Shown piece after piece: positions 23,270-37,200 of a stretch of 64,000 nucleotides of DNA. The notes beneath the pieces are model-generated. The model made no database searches. It saw only the letters and a program-made list of their open reading frames with translations, and was not told where the DNA came from. Made by a program: the position numbers and the translations under genes. This DNA comes from Tubiluchus corallicola (Eukaryota; Animalia; Priapulida), in contig JAQGDQ010000151.1 in the NCBI GenBank assembly GCA_030141605.1, positions 310,001-374,000 on the forward strand, given 5' to 3'. Positions within the stretch are counted from its first letter, which is position 1; every line of letters starts with the position of its first letter.

Positions 23270-25934
23270 CATTACTTAGGGTGCATAATGAGCTTCGTTT
23301 TAGGCTGCACTACATGACGAACTGCCCTGAACAATTTTTGTGCTACTTAGTGGTGTAGAGTTGCCCAACCTAGAAAATTTTACAGCCTTTTGTTCATTGG
23401 CTTTTAGTGTTGTGTAATCCATCGATTGCTCTTATAAACTTAAGAATATTCAATTTACAACAGTGTTTTGTTGTTTCTTATGAATTAAATTAATTTTTCC
23501 CTGGGAATTTTTACCATTTGATGTATTGTTTACTATTTACTCTATTGTTTTGCGAATTTGGTCAATTTTTTCCAATGATTTTTTTGTTATTTATTTGTAG
23601 TAGCAAAATAATGATATGCAATCAATTCAGAATTATGTGATAAATGCTACATATTTTATTATTGTGTTCACTTATTCTTTTGTATTTGTCATAAAATGTC
23701 TGTTCATAGTTTTGTTCACCGAAGTTCATGATCAAATAAAATAGATATTCCTTTCCCTAATTAATTCCTTTAAGATGTTTTCTTTAGAAGCACTTTACAT
23801 ACTTACATTACAGAGCATTAATGTCCAATCGTGTGATCAAGGAAAAGACTACGCAGACTGATGAAAATGGACTAATTTGCTCCTATTATCTATCAGTGGA
23901 TGTTTATAGGCGATACAATTAATATAAGCCTTACTGCAAGACTTGAGCTGAGGCATTCAGCATAGGAGGAAATTACACACAAGTACCATACGTGTTAAAA
24001 GAGGAAATATAACTTTCTCAATTGCAAAACATAAGTTTTAAAGTAATGTAATTTGCTTGAAGAGTTCAGCAAGCGACGTTTGTCCTTGTTTGCATTCTAA
24101 ACGCTTTCGAAGAGTCATCAGCCATATTTTCATGATGTCTGTTCATCAAATGCAAAGTAATGCAAACAATCTATTAAGAATAGATTCACTCTGCAAAAAC
24201 TACAGAGATCTAACTCAGCCGAACCCATTATAGGATGAAGTCAATTGGCCTTTGCGATCAGATTTTGATCTAATATTGTAAGTGCTTGATTATATGGTAG
24301 GTATTATTTCTAGTCTTTTAACACCCACGATTATATTTGGGTGATTATATTATCTAACTGCAAAAGTGAGCAGTCTATTACTTGCACCTTACTGAAGGCC
24401 CAAATTTCTACAAAACTGCAGCACACTTCAGAACCTTGAAACAGCTTTTTCATTGAAGACAACTATTTATGCCTGGACTCACAATGACATTTAAAAGCCA
24501 ATTAAATTGAAATGTAGAAGAAAAATCTTCATTTTAAATTTTTAGACATATTATAAAACATGTGCACTTCATTTTCAACAATCGCATCTGTATATCTTAT
24601 TTTACTGGTATGTATACATTGGTAACACAATTCAAAACAATAGTAGTGGTGCAAATGTATGCTTAAGCTTAACTGTCTTGCCGGTTGAAAGTTTTACATT
24701 TAAGTTAATGCATAATCCACAATAATAACAAATTTTATAAAATCCTTATTATGTAAAAATATTCTGTTGAGCAAAACCTTAATTTTGCCTTAAAGCCAAA
24801 TTAGAATTTTTACATTAAGACGGATTCAACTGTATCCCATCTTGTTGTCAAAATATAATTTCGACTTAATTAATTAATTTACTAATCATTAATGATAGAT
24901 TTGGTAATATCGTTTAATAAAAATGTTATAAAATTTGTTGATATTGTGGGCTATTTATCAAATTGATACCATTATTGTTATTACGAATTTTATTTAGCTT
25001 TAGGATGACATTAGTGTTTCAAATTTCACCACAAAAGTTTGCAATAACTAAAGATTCTTACTTTAAAACAGGTAAGCAATTTAAGCAACTTTTATTCTAA
25101 CTGCTTTAAATCTCTTTACTTACTGAATGTAGTTTATGCACTCTTTAATAAATCTTTGTGGTAAAATTCGTAAGATAACCAATGAATATCCTAACTAAAC
25201 GTAGATGTTTTTTTTTTGTTTTAGCCTTCCTTCATGAAAATTTTTAAATATTAATAATTAATTATTACTACTTATTAAGCACTCAGGTATGCTTCAGTTT
25301 TTGTCAAATGAAACCAAAGCTTTTGCATAATTTATATATTGCGTTTAATTGGCCCCAAACACTTAAAGCTGCTAAATTTCATAAACAGCCCACTATATAA
25401 TAAATCTTATTTCACTTTTATTAGGATAATTCATGTATTGTACTTCCAGCATATGTCACTGTTTAAATGTTTTCTTCAATAATTTTTCTTATAACATGCT
25501 TTGGATTCCTGTCAATGAAAGCTATTCATATATTTTAAACTACAATATGTAGCAGAGTAGTTAAATTACTGTGTAACTATTACATCTAGCACTTAATTCA
25601 GAAAAGGTTAAACTTTTGTTCTTTTTGACAGAATATACCACTTCCAACTCAAAATAAATTGCAGCAAAATTAATATTAGTTTTCTTTTTTAAGAATTTCT
25701 CTTTAACACAAATGATATTTTTGTAATTTACCTGAAAGATCATAGGTACTCTAACATTTGATACTTGGGTTCAGTAATAGTGATCCAGTCCTTAACCAAA
25801 AATTTTTGTAATTCCACAACTCATGCCCAAAAGAAAGCTAATCTGCAGTAGGCACACACTGTACTTCAGTCCAAATCCTTAAACAAGTCATATGAAAAAA
25901 ACGATAACGTAAAAATTATTTCACAAAGCGTAAA

Positions 25935-28900
25935 TCACACAATATTGTCTACAATTTTTACTACATCTTCCTCCTCTTCTAACTTTTCAATCATCTTTGA
26001 TAGAACTGACATTGTTTCATCACTTAGTTCAATACGACTGATGGGTAAATATTCTAGTTGTGCTGATCGCAGACCGTCTCCCAGCGTTGATTCCAAATTC
26101 TTTTTAACAGCATAGAAATCCGCCGCATCACATGCAAACTAGAACAGAACAGTAGCTCTTATTCAAAAGCAAAATGGCTGCTGACAGCAAAAGAAAATTT
26201 ACAACTGTAAAATAAAAAAAGAGTTAAATTCAGTATCATGAACGATTTCATCATGTGACAGATAGCAAAAAAATGGTTTAATCACATTTCATATTAACTT
26301 GTATGTTTATGCAAAACTTTGCTTTTTGACTATTGGTTGCAAAGATGACATCACTCTGCGATTAATCAGGCATTCTGCTACAGTACAGCATTAGTTTTTG
26401 ATGAAGTGCCAGCCCAGTGTCATTTCAACCCGATACTATTATACACTTCGTATGACTGTTCCAAAAAAATGATTAATCTGATATTGAGTTACAAAAAGTA
26501 CTGGTAACACTGCACAATTAACAAAATACACTATCTAGAGTATTCCTTTCTATTCGACAAATAGCTTCAAGGGAAGAATAGCTGAATAATAAACGTGTAA
26601 TATAATGGTTGGTAATTTTATTCCTAGTGCATACTAGTTTGCTTACTAGTGCAGTAAAATAACTTTACTGTTTACTATAGGACATTGGCAGCCCAATTTT
26701 TAATAGTAGGTGTTTGCTACAATTAATATTTTATATAACAGAAAAACTGAAACTTGCACAAAGTACAAAAATTAAATTTTGTACTTTTATGATGCCTCAA
26801 AAATATCAATGAAACAACGAAAAGGCACAGTGTAGAGATGACATCACTTAAGTTTGCTGATTAATCAGGCATTCTACTACAACATGCAACCACTTTTGCA
26901 TGAAGTGTCAGTCTGGTCTCATTGCTATAGCAATGAGACTTTTGATGGATGAAACTGTCCCAAAATCATACCAAGTTGGCTTTGACTATGCAGGGCTTAT
27001 TATTTAACAGCTGCCTAGGTTTCAACGTTACTGAAAGAGAAACTGGTAACTAGGTATTGATAAGAAAGATAGGTTGTTTCAAACAAGCAGAACAAAATTA
27101 GTCAGCAGAGACATGAACAAATCTTATAAAACGTTTAATTTGCGTGATTCAAACAGCATTGATTTTTGCAGAAATGTATCTCAATTCTTTTACATTACTT
27201 TAATTGGAAGTCTTGGATTCGTTTAACGACATTTCGCTTAGCGTCACATTTTGCTGAAACGTATTAGCATCGTTAAACTAGAACTTATTGAATTTTTATG
27301 CATAAATGATATTTAAAAAAAATTTAACTACGGCACATGGCCACTTCCTCTTGTTCTTTGTTTTGTTTTATCTAATATGTTGCACATTTGTACATTTATG
27401 TCGCGCAGTACTCTTTGGGATTTCATTATACGCCTCCACAATAAGCTTCTTCATTATAGAGAAGGAGTCATGACAAATTTTTTGTCCCAAAAACATGCAG
27501 AATGGTTTCAAAGTGGAATAACTTTCTAGGTATTCTACTTGATCAGATTTAACAAAATCGCGCAATGCACAAATTTATAATATAGTAAAAGAAATGAAGC
27601 AACAAAATTATGACTACATATCAATTACAAGAGTAAAATTAAGTTTTACCTGTATGAGTTCACTATTTTCATTCTCTGGATCTGGTATTTTTTGGACTTC
27701 TTCCACACCAGCTTCAATTGCAATTTCCTCGGCAGCATCCAAAGTCATAATATCACTGGCCATGAAAATGCCTTTATGTTCAAACGAGCTCTTGATATTA
27801 CTCATATCAACTAACTTAACTCTGAAATAAAAAAACAGATTAATAATCATTGTAGTAATTCCAAAACTCGAAGCTTCCGTTTATTTGTTATGTATACAGA
27901 CAATAGATGACGCTAACAATAATTAGGTTTTCCATGACTAGGATACTACAATCATTGCGTATGCAATTAAACTGTCCCATTCTTAGAACAAGTGCGCAGT
28001 AGATAGCTACACACAAATTCGTGTAGGTCCTACATATATTTAAACATCAGTAAGCAGTATCTATTTTTAGTATAAGTATGTTTACTCTTTTTTCAAAGGA
28101 ATCCATATTATCATATAGCCCCACTCTTTCAAAAAAGCCATACATTTTCCTCTAAGACCTTTTCCAAGAAACAATTTCTTTATGATATACCGGCAAAAGT
28201 TAAAAAAAACTGGGTTTACAAATGTACAATGTCAAAAAGTTGAATATTATTTAGCTTATTCACAAAGTAATGTAATTTCTAATTTAATAAATTGTGCACT
28301 GTGCCTATTTTTAGCAGAATGTCGTTAGATATATCAACAGTATTCAGCTTGTCTTCATAACATACGAGCAGGCATTAAAATGGCAGCTTTAATGGCTGTG
28401 TCCTGTAATGGATGTGAGACATTAAAATTTCAAGTTTTACACTGAATTCCAAACTATTCAGAACAGTAATTACAACACTGTAGTATACTAGTAGCTGCTT
28501 TGACATGATAGGACTTCCTGTTAAGAGTACTACTGTTCCATTTTAAAAAGGCCATTAAGTATGCAAATTACAAACCCATATTTACTCATGATGAAAGTCA
28601 ATGTCTGCCTCGTTCGTTGAGTTTTTTCAGTTTCAGTTTCAACGACAAAAAATGAGCCATTTGGCCCATGGCCACCCACGATATACTGCTGTGTACCAGT
28701 TTTGCTCGACGCCTATAAAAATATGCAAATTATTTTAATCGCAATAAACTGCAACCTGTAATGGTAGAACTTAAATTTCGCCTTACCAGCAAAAAACTTA
28801 CAGTTTCAGAATCTCTACTAGGTTATTGCACTGAAGACATTGCCCTAAATGCACACTTAAAACAGAAAACAAGACAGAAAGCAACAATATAAACTTATCT

Positions 28901-31249
28901 AAATGAAAAACAAGCTTTAATTACTGAAGTACCTAAGCAGCTACTGGTACAAGTAAAATAATATGAAATGAGCTTGAGGAAGAAAATATACTGTAATTTG
29001 ACACATTTTTTCAGGCCTATAATGGGACACTTCAATCAAATAACTTTGACTAGGAAAACAAATTAACAACTTTACAATCTTTTTTTAAAATAGTCTTGCC
29101 TCGGGAACTGAACATTCTTGACCATGAGATATCATACCAGACTTGAAGCATTTGCATCAGTCAACTCTCAACAACTATAGTAGTAACTTTTAAAGCATCC
29201 AAAAATCAAAAAGAAACATTAGGCACATTTTTCAATGTCAATAATCATGTAACATGGTAAAAAATTGAAAAAGAGTCACTTTTTAAACTTTTTTTATCTT
29301 GTTTCACACCACATGTATCATGTTGCAGAAGTGTTTACTACACCTATGATTTCTATGATGACCATTCAACACTATGCAATAAAAACTACCACACTGAAAC
29401 ACATTGAGAAGTTTTTACAACTTTGTTTCTAGTACCTAGCTTTTGGGTAGGTTCAGTACTAAATCCCTGAAACTTAAGTGGCAATTTAAAAAATCAGGAC
29501 TGAGCCTAGATTTGCACCAAGACTTTTGGATTATAAATTTAGTTCCACAACTATATAACTACAAAACTGCATAGCCAGTTTTGAGCATGATAAGTCACAA
29601 TCCGGGTGCAAACCTTAATTTTTCACATCTTTCTTTTGATCAAGTTTGTTTCCAAAAATTTATTAGTATGATAAGAGAAAAAAAGATCATATAAATTGAT
29701 ATAATAGTGATAATATTAAAAGGTATATTCTATTGTTAAGTGATAATATGAAATAAGGGTTATAAATAATTAATTACTAACCCAAAAATTATTCCATGCT
29801 TTATATTAATTACAAAAAAACAGTGAAATTTGTTAGCGTGGGCATATAGCTTGAAAATACTGGTTGGAGTATCAGGACTGAATTACGATTGTTATGACTA
29901 CAAAGGGCTGTGCAGCTTAGTATTCACAGTGTTAGACTCATTCTGGAAATGCAGAATGCTGATGCTCAGAAACGACTTTTTCACGTTCTTCAATTGGTTT
30001 CGAAAGCTTAATAAAAGTGTTAGATTACACATCATAGACTATAACTTCAAAATAAGCAATATACGTTATACTGCTACACATTGAAAAACATGTAAATCAA
30101 AGAAAAGTGCAAAATGCAAAAGTTGCCGAGGCTTTCTGTGCTGCTGTTTTTAAAAATAAGAAACAAAAAACAACTTACAAATCTCTTTAGAGCCTCATTA
30201 ATCGTGTTATGTGGAACATCATGACTTTTCGCTTGCTCTATCAGTGTCGCTAAAGCCCTGTTCTGATTCGGATTAGCTGATTTACCTTCTGCATTAAAAT
30301 GTCTATATTGAATAATTAGCATTAGACGAGCAAAATTAAGTATTAAGATTTAGTATTAAGTGCTTTATAAAGGAGCAAAATACACTTATGCATATGAAAA
30401 ATTACAATCTAAGTTCATACTACATAAAATTCGATGTCCTAATTTTATCACTAAACAACATTACAAGCTATGCAAAAGTCACACCATACCGACTGTGTTC
30501 CTAACTAGACTGAAAAATATAAAATTTGAAGTAAGAAATTAAAGTCCAATGTGAATTCAGTACAAAAAATGTGGCATGCTCAAATATCAAACATTATAAA
30601 AGATGTTTTCACGTCAAAATAATCTGAATTTTATTTTATGTGTGTAAAATATGTGTAGCCTTGCTGCACTTTGGCCAGCCATATTTCTAGGTAAGATAAG
30701 AAAAGATATGTATTGAGGATGAACTTGACTGAGCAAAGCTCGTTTACAACAAGATCCTGATTGGTGGTAATGGGGTGATGAAAACTTGAAATTTCACTAA
30801 GAGAGTAGTTATACAAGTACAGTTAATTGTCTTATAATTGCTTCCATTCATGTAAACAGCAAAATTTATTCTCTATCTACACACATTTATGCTCTAATGC
30901 TGCACAGTGCACAAATGTTACTTCACAAGAAAGTTACACACATTTACTAAAAATAAGAAAAATCAAACAGTGTACAGAAATTTTGGAGATTTGTGTGTAA
31001 ATGAGAAAATCATACGTGCATAGCAGCAGTATACAGCTATTTTTTAAAACTGATATTTCGTACATTCAAACACTTACCTCTGACAGCAACTTTCATACTG
31101 TTGATATATTTTGAAATCACAGATGCTCGAGCTTTGTCCTTTGCTGCCTTTATGTGACGAATGTTCTGCCATTTACTGTGTCCTGCTAGCATGCAGCAAC
31201 TCGTATATAGTTTACACTTCCAGGTTAAGTTATACAAAGAGTTTGACAT
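25935..31249 (-). CDS. TACO1: Translational activator of cytochrome c oxidase 1 (YebC/PmpR family), mitochondrial
   Basis: Exons 31249-31078, 30288-30179, 28712-28576, 27821-27650, 26138-25935 (795 nt, 264 aa). Motifs: AGHSKWQNIRHIKAAKD, NPNQNRALATLIEQAKSHDVP, GHGPNG, FEHKG, EEIAIEAGVEEV, LEYLP, EDVVKIVDNI. A short presequence-like N-terminus precedes AGHSKW. Confidence 0.93.
26343..26970. repeat. Two diverged direct copies of a ~130-bp dispersed repeat in TACO1 intron 4
   Basis: AGATGACATCACT...GATTAATCAGGCATTCT(G/A)CTACA...ATGAAGTG(C/T)CAG at ~26343 and ~26837. A related start (GGTTGCCAAGATGACACCAC) occurs at ~3085. Confidence 0.55.
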
Positions 31250-33546
31250 ATTTTCTAGTATTGCATTTATACATTGGATGAATCACCTGAAAATTCTCTT
31301 AGAAAAGCATTATGCGTAAGCCTAGTTTTGGAAATCAACCATCCGTGGCACACAACATATTCTAGCAGATCCAATTACAAATTTGGCTTAAATCTTAAAA
31401 AGTGTCACTAATCTCAAGAACTGATTACTAAGATCTATTACGGCATGTCCGGACTAGCGAGTTTTTTTGCAAGTGTGTTCAGACTAGAGAGCTAGCAAAA
31501 CGTAAGCATGTAAATTACTCTCTGACAGCATGTGCGACTCACTTCTCTGTTCCCTGCAAGATGTGTTGAGAGTAACTCACCAAGGCATTCATAGTAGTAA
31601 ATCAAATCGCAACAAATGTAATTTCTGACCGACGATAATACGCAAGCAGGTCACACTTCTGAGTTTGAGGTTAGAGAGTGTCACGCAGTATAAATGTCCT
31701 ACAATTATAAAAGCGTGGGTGAGCTCTCCCGAAATTTTATTAGCAAGAGTGGTTACCCTCAGTGGTTGTCTTTCAAAAACGGCATGAGATTCAACTCACT
31801 TTATTTGCCAAAGCAGTATGAATCCTGCGTTTTTAACTCGAGACGCTGCGTAATGCGTTACACCTTCTTCTTACTCTATGGTATACACTATGTTATTTGC
31901 AGAAAAAACAGTTACAACCGATGTAGGTATCATAATTTAATTTCAGCCTTTTATTTTCGTCATTGTGTACTCTGCAAGAGCAAAGAAGCTGCTGCTACTT
32001 CACACGCCTATGTGTTTGTGTGGCTTGCATAGCAATTGGTTACGGATAGACTCAGACGTACTCATCAGATACTTTTTCAAATACCTTAGGTTTGGATGTC
32101 ACTGGCCAGTAGTCAAACAGGCAAGTTCTGTCGGGAAATATTTCCCGAAGATAAATTTAATTTTATGTGTCTATAAAATCCCCCCCCCTAAATTCTCTAG
32201 CATTTTTCTTAATGAATTTTCCTTTAACTACAGTCTTGTAATATAGCCTTGAATGTCAGACTTAGATTTGCCGTTAGAATAGGTCTGTAGGTAGTTTCAG
32301 ACCATACAAGTATGCATTGCATGAAGCCCACTATTTAGATTAATTTATGAAGGAAAAGTTTATATAAAGCCGCTCTACATACGCAACGAGGACGACTCTC
32401 GTAGCTTTTACTGGCTAATAGGGCAAGCCCCTCCATATAGGCCTATGGTGCTAAATTATAGTTAATATTATGGTGCATCTAAATTGAATTTATATTGTGC
32501 CTCATAAGGTGATTATTGTACTTTAGTACATTGTGCTGTAATAAATATGCTATTCATGTAAATGGTAGTAAGTAAATATTTATTAAACTAACGCTTTATA
32601 TTTGTGAAATTTGTGATTTGTGAATCATACTATTGTTCTCAAGTTATAAGTGAATGGAAATGTTACTTGAATGAAATAATGATGTATTTTATTGTGGCCA
32701 CATTTTAATCAAATCTTGTCTGCTTTTTATTGTTGGTTAATGAACATTTGAAATAGGAAGTAAAATGACTAAATGAAAAAGATTGATTAAATGTTCAAAG
32801 TAGTGAGACACAAACAATCAAAGAAATACATATCAAGGTTTACTTTAAAAATGGATAATCGCATAACCCCATATTAACAACAATCATAAAAAGAATTCTG
32901 ACAGTTTCAGTCCTGTTACAAATAGATAACCAGGTTAACGTACCATAGGTTTCTCCCCTGAGTTTTATTAATGTAAAATCACATACTATAAAACAAATTT
33001 TCGATAAGTTCCTCCAATCATTGCTGCTGGCATTTTCCTTTTGTCAGAATATGTATTATGACATATGAACACTGAACATTGATAAACAACAAATAGTTGT
33101 AAAATCAGTTCAAAAATTTAAAATATAACAACCAGAGTAGTCAGCAATAAAAAATGTTTGATTATCATCATTACAAAGTACATGCGAGGTTTATTATACA
33201 GAATTGCAGGAAAAGCTGTATTACTACAAGCTTTGTACATAAATATAAAATATCAAAACGATTAAGTGTTCGCATTTCCCTGTAGCATTAAAGTGTACAT
33301 CAAAATTAATTGAATGGGATCAACAATATATAGAAGACATGAAAGCAAACAGTCAACAACATTCACGTAAGTTTTCCTGCTTTTAAACTAATACAAACAA
33401 TTTATAATGCATCACAAATACAGTTAAAACTTCTGTGCCCTAGTTTTTTTAAATGGTTTTGAAATTTGTCACAATTAAAACACACTTAAATAGAATTATA
33501 GTATTACCTCAGTACCAATTACAGCAATAGCTGTCCATCAGCAAGT

Positions 33547-33934
33547 TTACGATTCGTTTGCATGCTTATCCATTCTAAAAAATGGTACACGCCACCTGTT
33601 GATGTCAAGAACTCCTATCTCTGCTACTGTCCAGATGCATCTTTCCTTGAATTTACAGCTGTATTTCTTAAATGGTTTTGCAGGATATCTGTATACATCA
33701 GTAGATGACCACCTCACAGCTTTTTGTTGTTTCAACAGCTTCACATAATGCTATAGAGGAAGAGATTCCTGACGTCGTGTTAGTACATGAAGTCTTTACC
33801 TCGTCATACAGAGCAAGAACTGAATAGTCATTTAATTCATAATAATTTTCTGCACAGATATTTTTGTCAATGTCACATAAACATACAAGTTTACCATTGA
33901 TGATCATGAAAACACAGAAACACAGTTTCCACAT
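33547..33934 (-). pseudogene. Candidate small secreted Cys-containing protein gene with one frameshift at ~33700
   Basis: ATG at 33934 and hydrophobic leader MWKLCFCVFMIINGKLVCLC. ORF 33934-33698 continues in an alternate frame in ORF 33744-33547 (ATC TAC T GAT GTA). The joined product is ~128 aa with 6 Cys after the leader. No family recognised. Confidence 0.4.
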
Positions 33935-34221
33935 TGCCTTGATAATTACACTGTCTAATTGACCTGTTTACATTACAACTGCAAGTTCAAATTGACATCT
34001 TTAACCAATAAGAAGCAAGCAAATTAGAGCTACAGTGCAGTACAATGGTAGTAGCTTCACTCACCTGCGCTTTCATTTTCAAGAAATGTACAACTCTTTC
34101 ACTTGCAAAACAAGCATACACATTGCAATCTTTGCTACATCAGCTTCTGGCACAAACGCAAGGATAATTATTGCCCAGTGTAGATAACACAGTGTGATGT
34201 AGCCTTCTCTATGCTAACATC

Positions 34222-37200
34222 TCAAAATCTCAAGACATCATCAACTGACACTTCATTTGGACAAGCCAAGCAATCAGAATTATCTTTGCATGTAGTACTG
34301 ATATTTTCTCCTTCCCCAGTCTGACTTGAATCACCATCTGAACCTGGCACATTATCAACTTTGCTATGGTCATCTGGAGGTTTGTACAGCCACCAAGCCA
34401 AAAAGAAAAAGACAGTAGAAAAAGATTTCAGTGTAATAGCAAGTGCAAACATATACAGTGTCATCTTATGATTGTCATAGAAATGGCAAGATCCTTTAGA
34501 ATCTTCAATGCAAGAATCAGACCATTGCTGACAGGACATGTCAATGACCCATCCAAAGAGTAAAGGTGCAGGAATGGTACCTGAAATGCAGCAGATAATT
34601 AAAAATACTACAAAATTCACGACTAAGCACCGACCAGTGAGTTAGTGTTTAACCGGATTCATCTGTCTAATCGTGATACGTTAGCATAGTATAAATTAGC
34701 TTTCGAACTACGTGCAACAAAAATTTCGGAAATTAATCTCCCACAGAGAAGATTTTAAAATTGTTAATAATAATATTTTGACTTCCTTGCAGGAGTCATC
34801 ATCAAGTTTTGGCGCATAATTTAACACATCTGACCGTGACTCTTGCAGATGATAATCTCTGCTCAATTATAATTTATTTATGAGTACAGAGACAAAGAAT
34901 AGAGATTTTAACAAGTTCCTGGGAAATAAAGTTTACATTGATTTCTTTTGGGAATTTATGTGAAGGAAAATACGTACAGTGCAACATCGATATAGCGAAC
35001 CTGCTAGGGACCCTGGAAAGTGATCTATAACCAAGGTACTCTATAAGCATATGCAGCTAATCCTATGTATATAATTATTAGATGGACAAACATGTATTAA
35101 TAGTAAAAGTGTATAAATAATGCACAATGTGTAGCTTCATAAAAGGTAAAGCATTAAGCTTTTTGTCAGACAAATATGCACATACCATTGTTTATATCCG
35201 CTATACCACCCATACTTTTTTTAAATCCACTATGCCACCCATACTTTTTTATATCTACTATACTACCCTTACTTTTCAAGTTTTATATTGTTTATTGACA
35301 TTTTTTATTGTTTCACTTATAAAATCATCACTGTACCAACAGACAATCAATTAAAGAAAAATTGTAATGTTACATTGCTTGAAACTCACTGCCAGGTAAT
35401 AAAAGACAATAGGTAAAAGTAAAGCAATCAAAGATCAAATGAATCCGTGCATTCTATTGTATTTGTTTTTACTGCTTTTTTTCACTTACCTAAACATCTA
35501 ATATATATCCATTGGTTTCCAAGTGCAAAAGATCTTTGCTTTGGTGCAACACATCTAAAGAATTAAACAAATAACTGTCAGCCAAAACTGTATAATACGT
35601 GTAAAAAGCTTTGGTAAAAATCTCAAATAGCTGTAATTTTATCTTGAATTTATCTGCAGTGTCAAAAGATCTAATGACATATAATTTATGTAATAGCTTT
35701 TAACATTATAAATTTATACACCATACAATGAGCTGACTTTTTTTAATCAATTCACCATTATTTTATACAAGCCAGAATGCCTGCACTCAATAATAGGGCC
35801 TAAACAGATGAAAGTGGCAAGACCAGAACATGGCTAATTATCAAGAGTGACCTCTAACATAACCCACTGAACCAACAGAGGTACATTGGCCTGCACATAT
35901 TCCCTCAAACACATAAACAGCCAGAATCAGCATGGTGAACAAAATAACACGACTAAATTCAGGCAGTCCAGAATCATTCAGTGACCAGCCTTAGCATTGC
36001 TTAATGTTGGAAACGAATCATACACCATGACCACTCAGATATTCACTTCCACTTCGCACTTATTGTATTGGTTAATACACTCGCATCATCCTCTAACAGA
36101 ATATAGTAATCTATGCACGAGAAAATAGAAAAAATATCAATCAATATTAATCTAATAGTGTCAATCAATTGTTGTACAAATTGCAAATAAAAGAAACATA
36201 ACAATAAACATTGCCAATAAAAGCAAGGTAACATCGCTTTACATTTCATTGCACATAGTGAATAGGTGAAAATGACAAATTTATAGTTCTGTTAATAATA
36301 CATTCACTCACTTGTAGTGCACAGTAAAGAATGATCTAACCTTTGAAACTAATAATTTATAATGCAATAACTTTCCTACCTTATACTAGCAGACAGAGCT
36401 GGCATGCCACACCCGAATGTTTGTACCATTTCGACAAACAAAAGCATCAGAAACATGGCAAGTTCCAATTCACAATATGGTTCACAAAAATTATCAACTG
36501 CCTCTGACGGAAAACCATTGATACATGTTGCGTTGGCCTGGATGCAAGCACACTCACCATAGATCTATAGAAATAAATGCATTTTAGATATAACCTAAAA
36601 AAGAGAAATAGAACCCAAAGCTAATTACTTTTCAAGCCATCCTGAAAACTGAAATTCAAAAAAAATTGATAATATAATTTCAAAAATTGCCAAAACAGGA
36701 ACAAGGTCTAGAAAGGGCTGCACTTGAAGACGTATTCAACGCTGTGTCTGGGTGATCCTAGAGAAGCTTCACGCAATTTGCAATAACATTCTGCATCTAT
36801 AGTCAGTGCCATAACCATATTTCTATATTTAATAGAAATACAAACACAAAAATTAAGACAAAATCCTGCCACCTAGTACTAGTCAGAGCAAAAATTAGAC
36901 AGCTAAAACTGCAGTTGCAGCACAAATGGTGCTTCTGTACTATAAAGGCATTGTCATGAGAATCATGTAGAACAACTAACATGCATTTATCTCACCTCCA
37001 TCTCGTCTTCATCAAATGACTTTGTTTTGCAGCCGGCATAACAAGGAGAATAATAACTGATACCATCATTACCACAAATTGGATTATAAGTGGCCTCGGT
37101 GCAAAGACAATCCATGTTACAAGGTCTGGTCAAGTTTACTGTACCAGTTGCACTGCAAAAGCATAAAAATTATAAACAAAAGAAAATAGACAATCCTCTA

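Noticed and set aside
24100-24123. Second hammerhead core (minus strand CTGATGA-CTCTTC-GAAA)
   Set aside because: No stem II or stem I pairing can be drawn.
29830-30010. Possible intronic H/ACA snoRNA in TACO1 intron 2
   Set aside because: One short hairpin and an ACA triplet only; no convincing two-hairpin plus H-box structure by eye.
31694-32246. ORFs divergent from TACO1 (112 and 93 aa)
   Set aside because: No recognisable motifs or exon chain; likely chance ORFs in a promoter/intergenic region.
34975-35050. Tc1/pogo-like terminus TACAGTGCAACATCGATATAGCGAACC
   Set aside because: No partner TIR nearby; too fragmentary to define an element.
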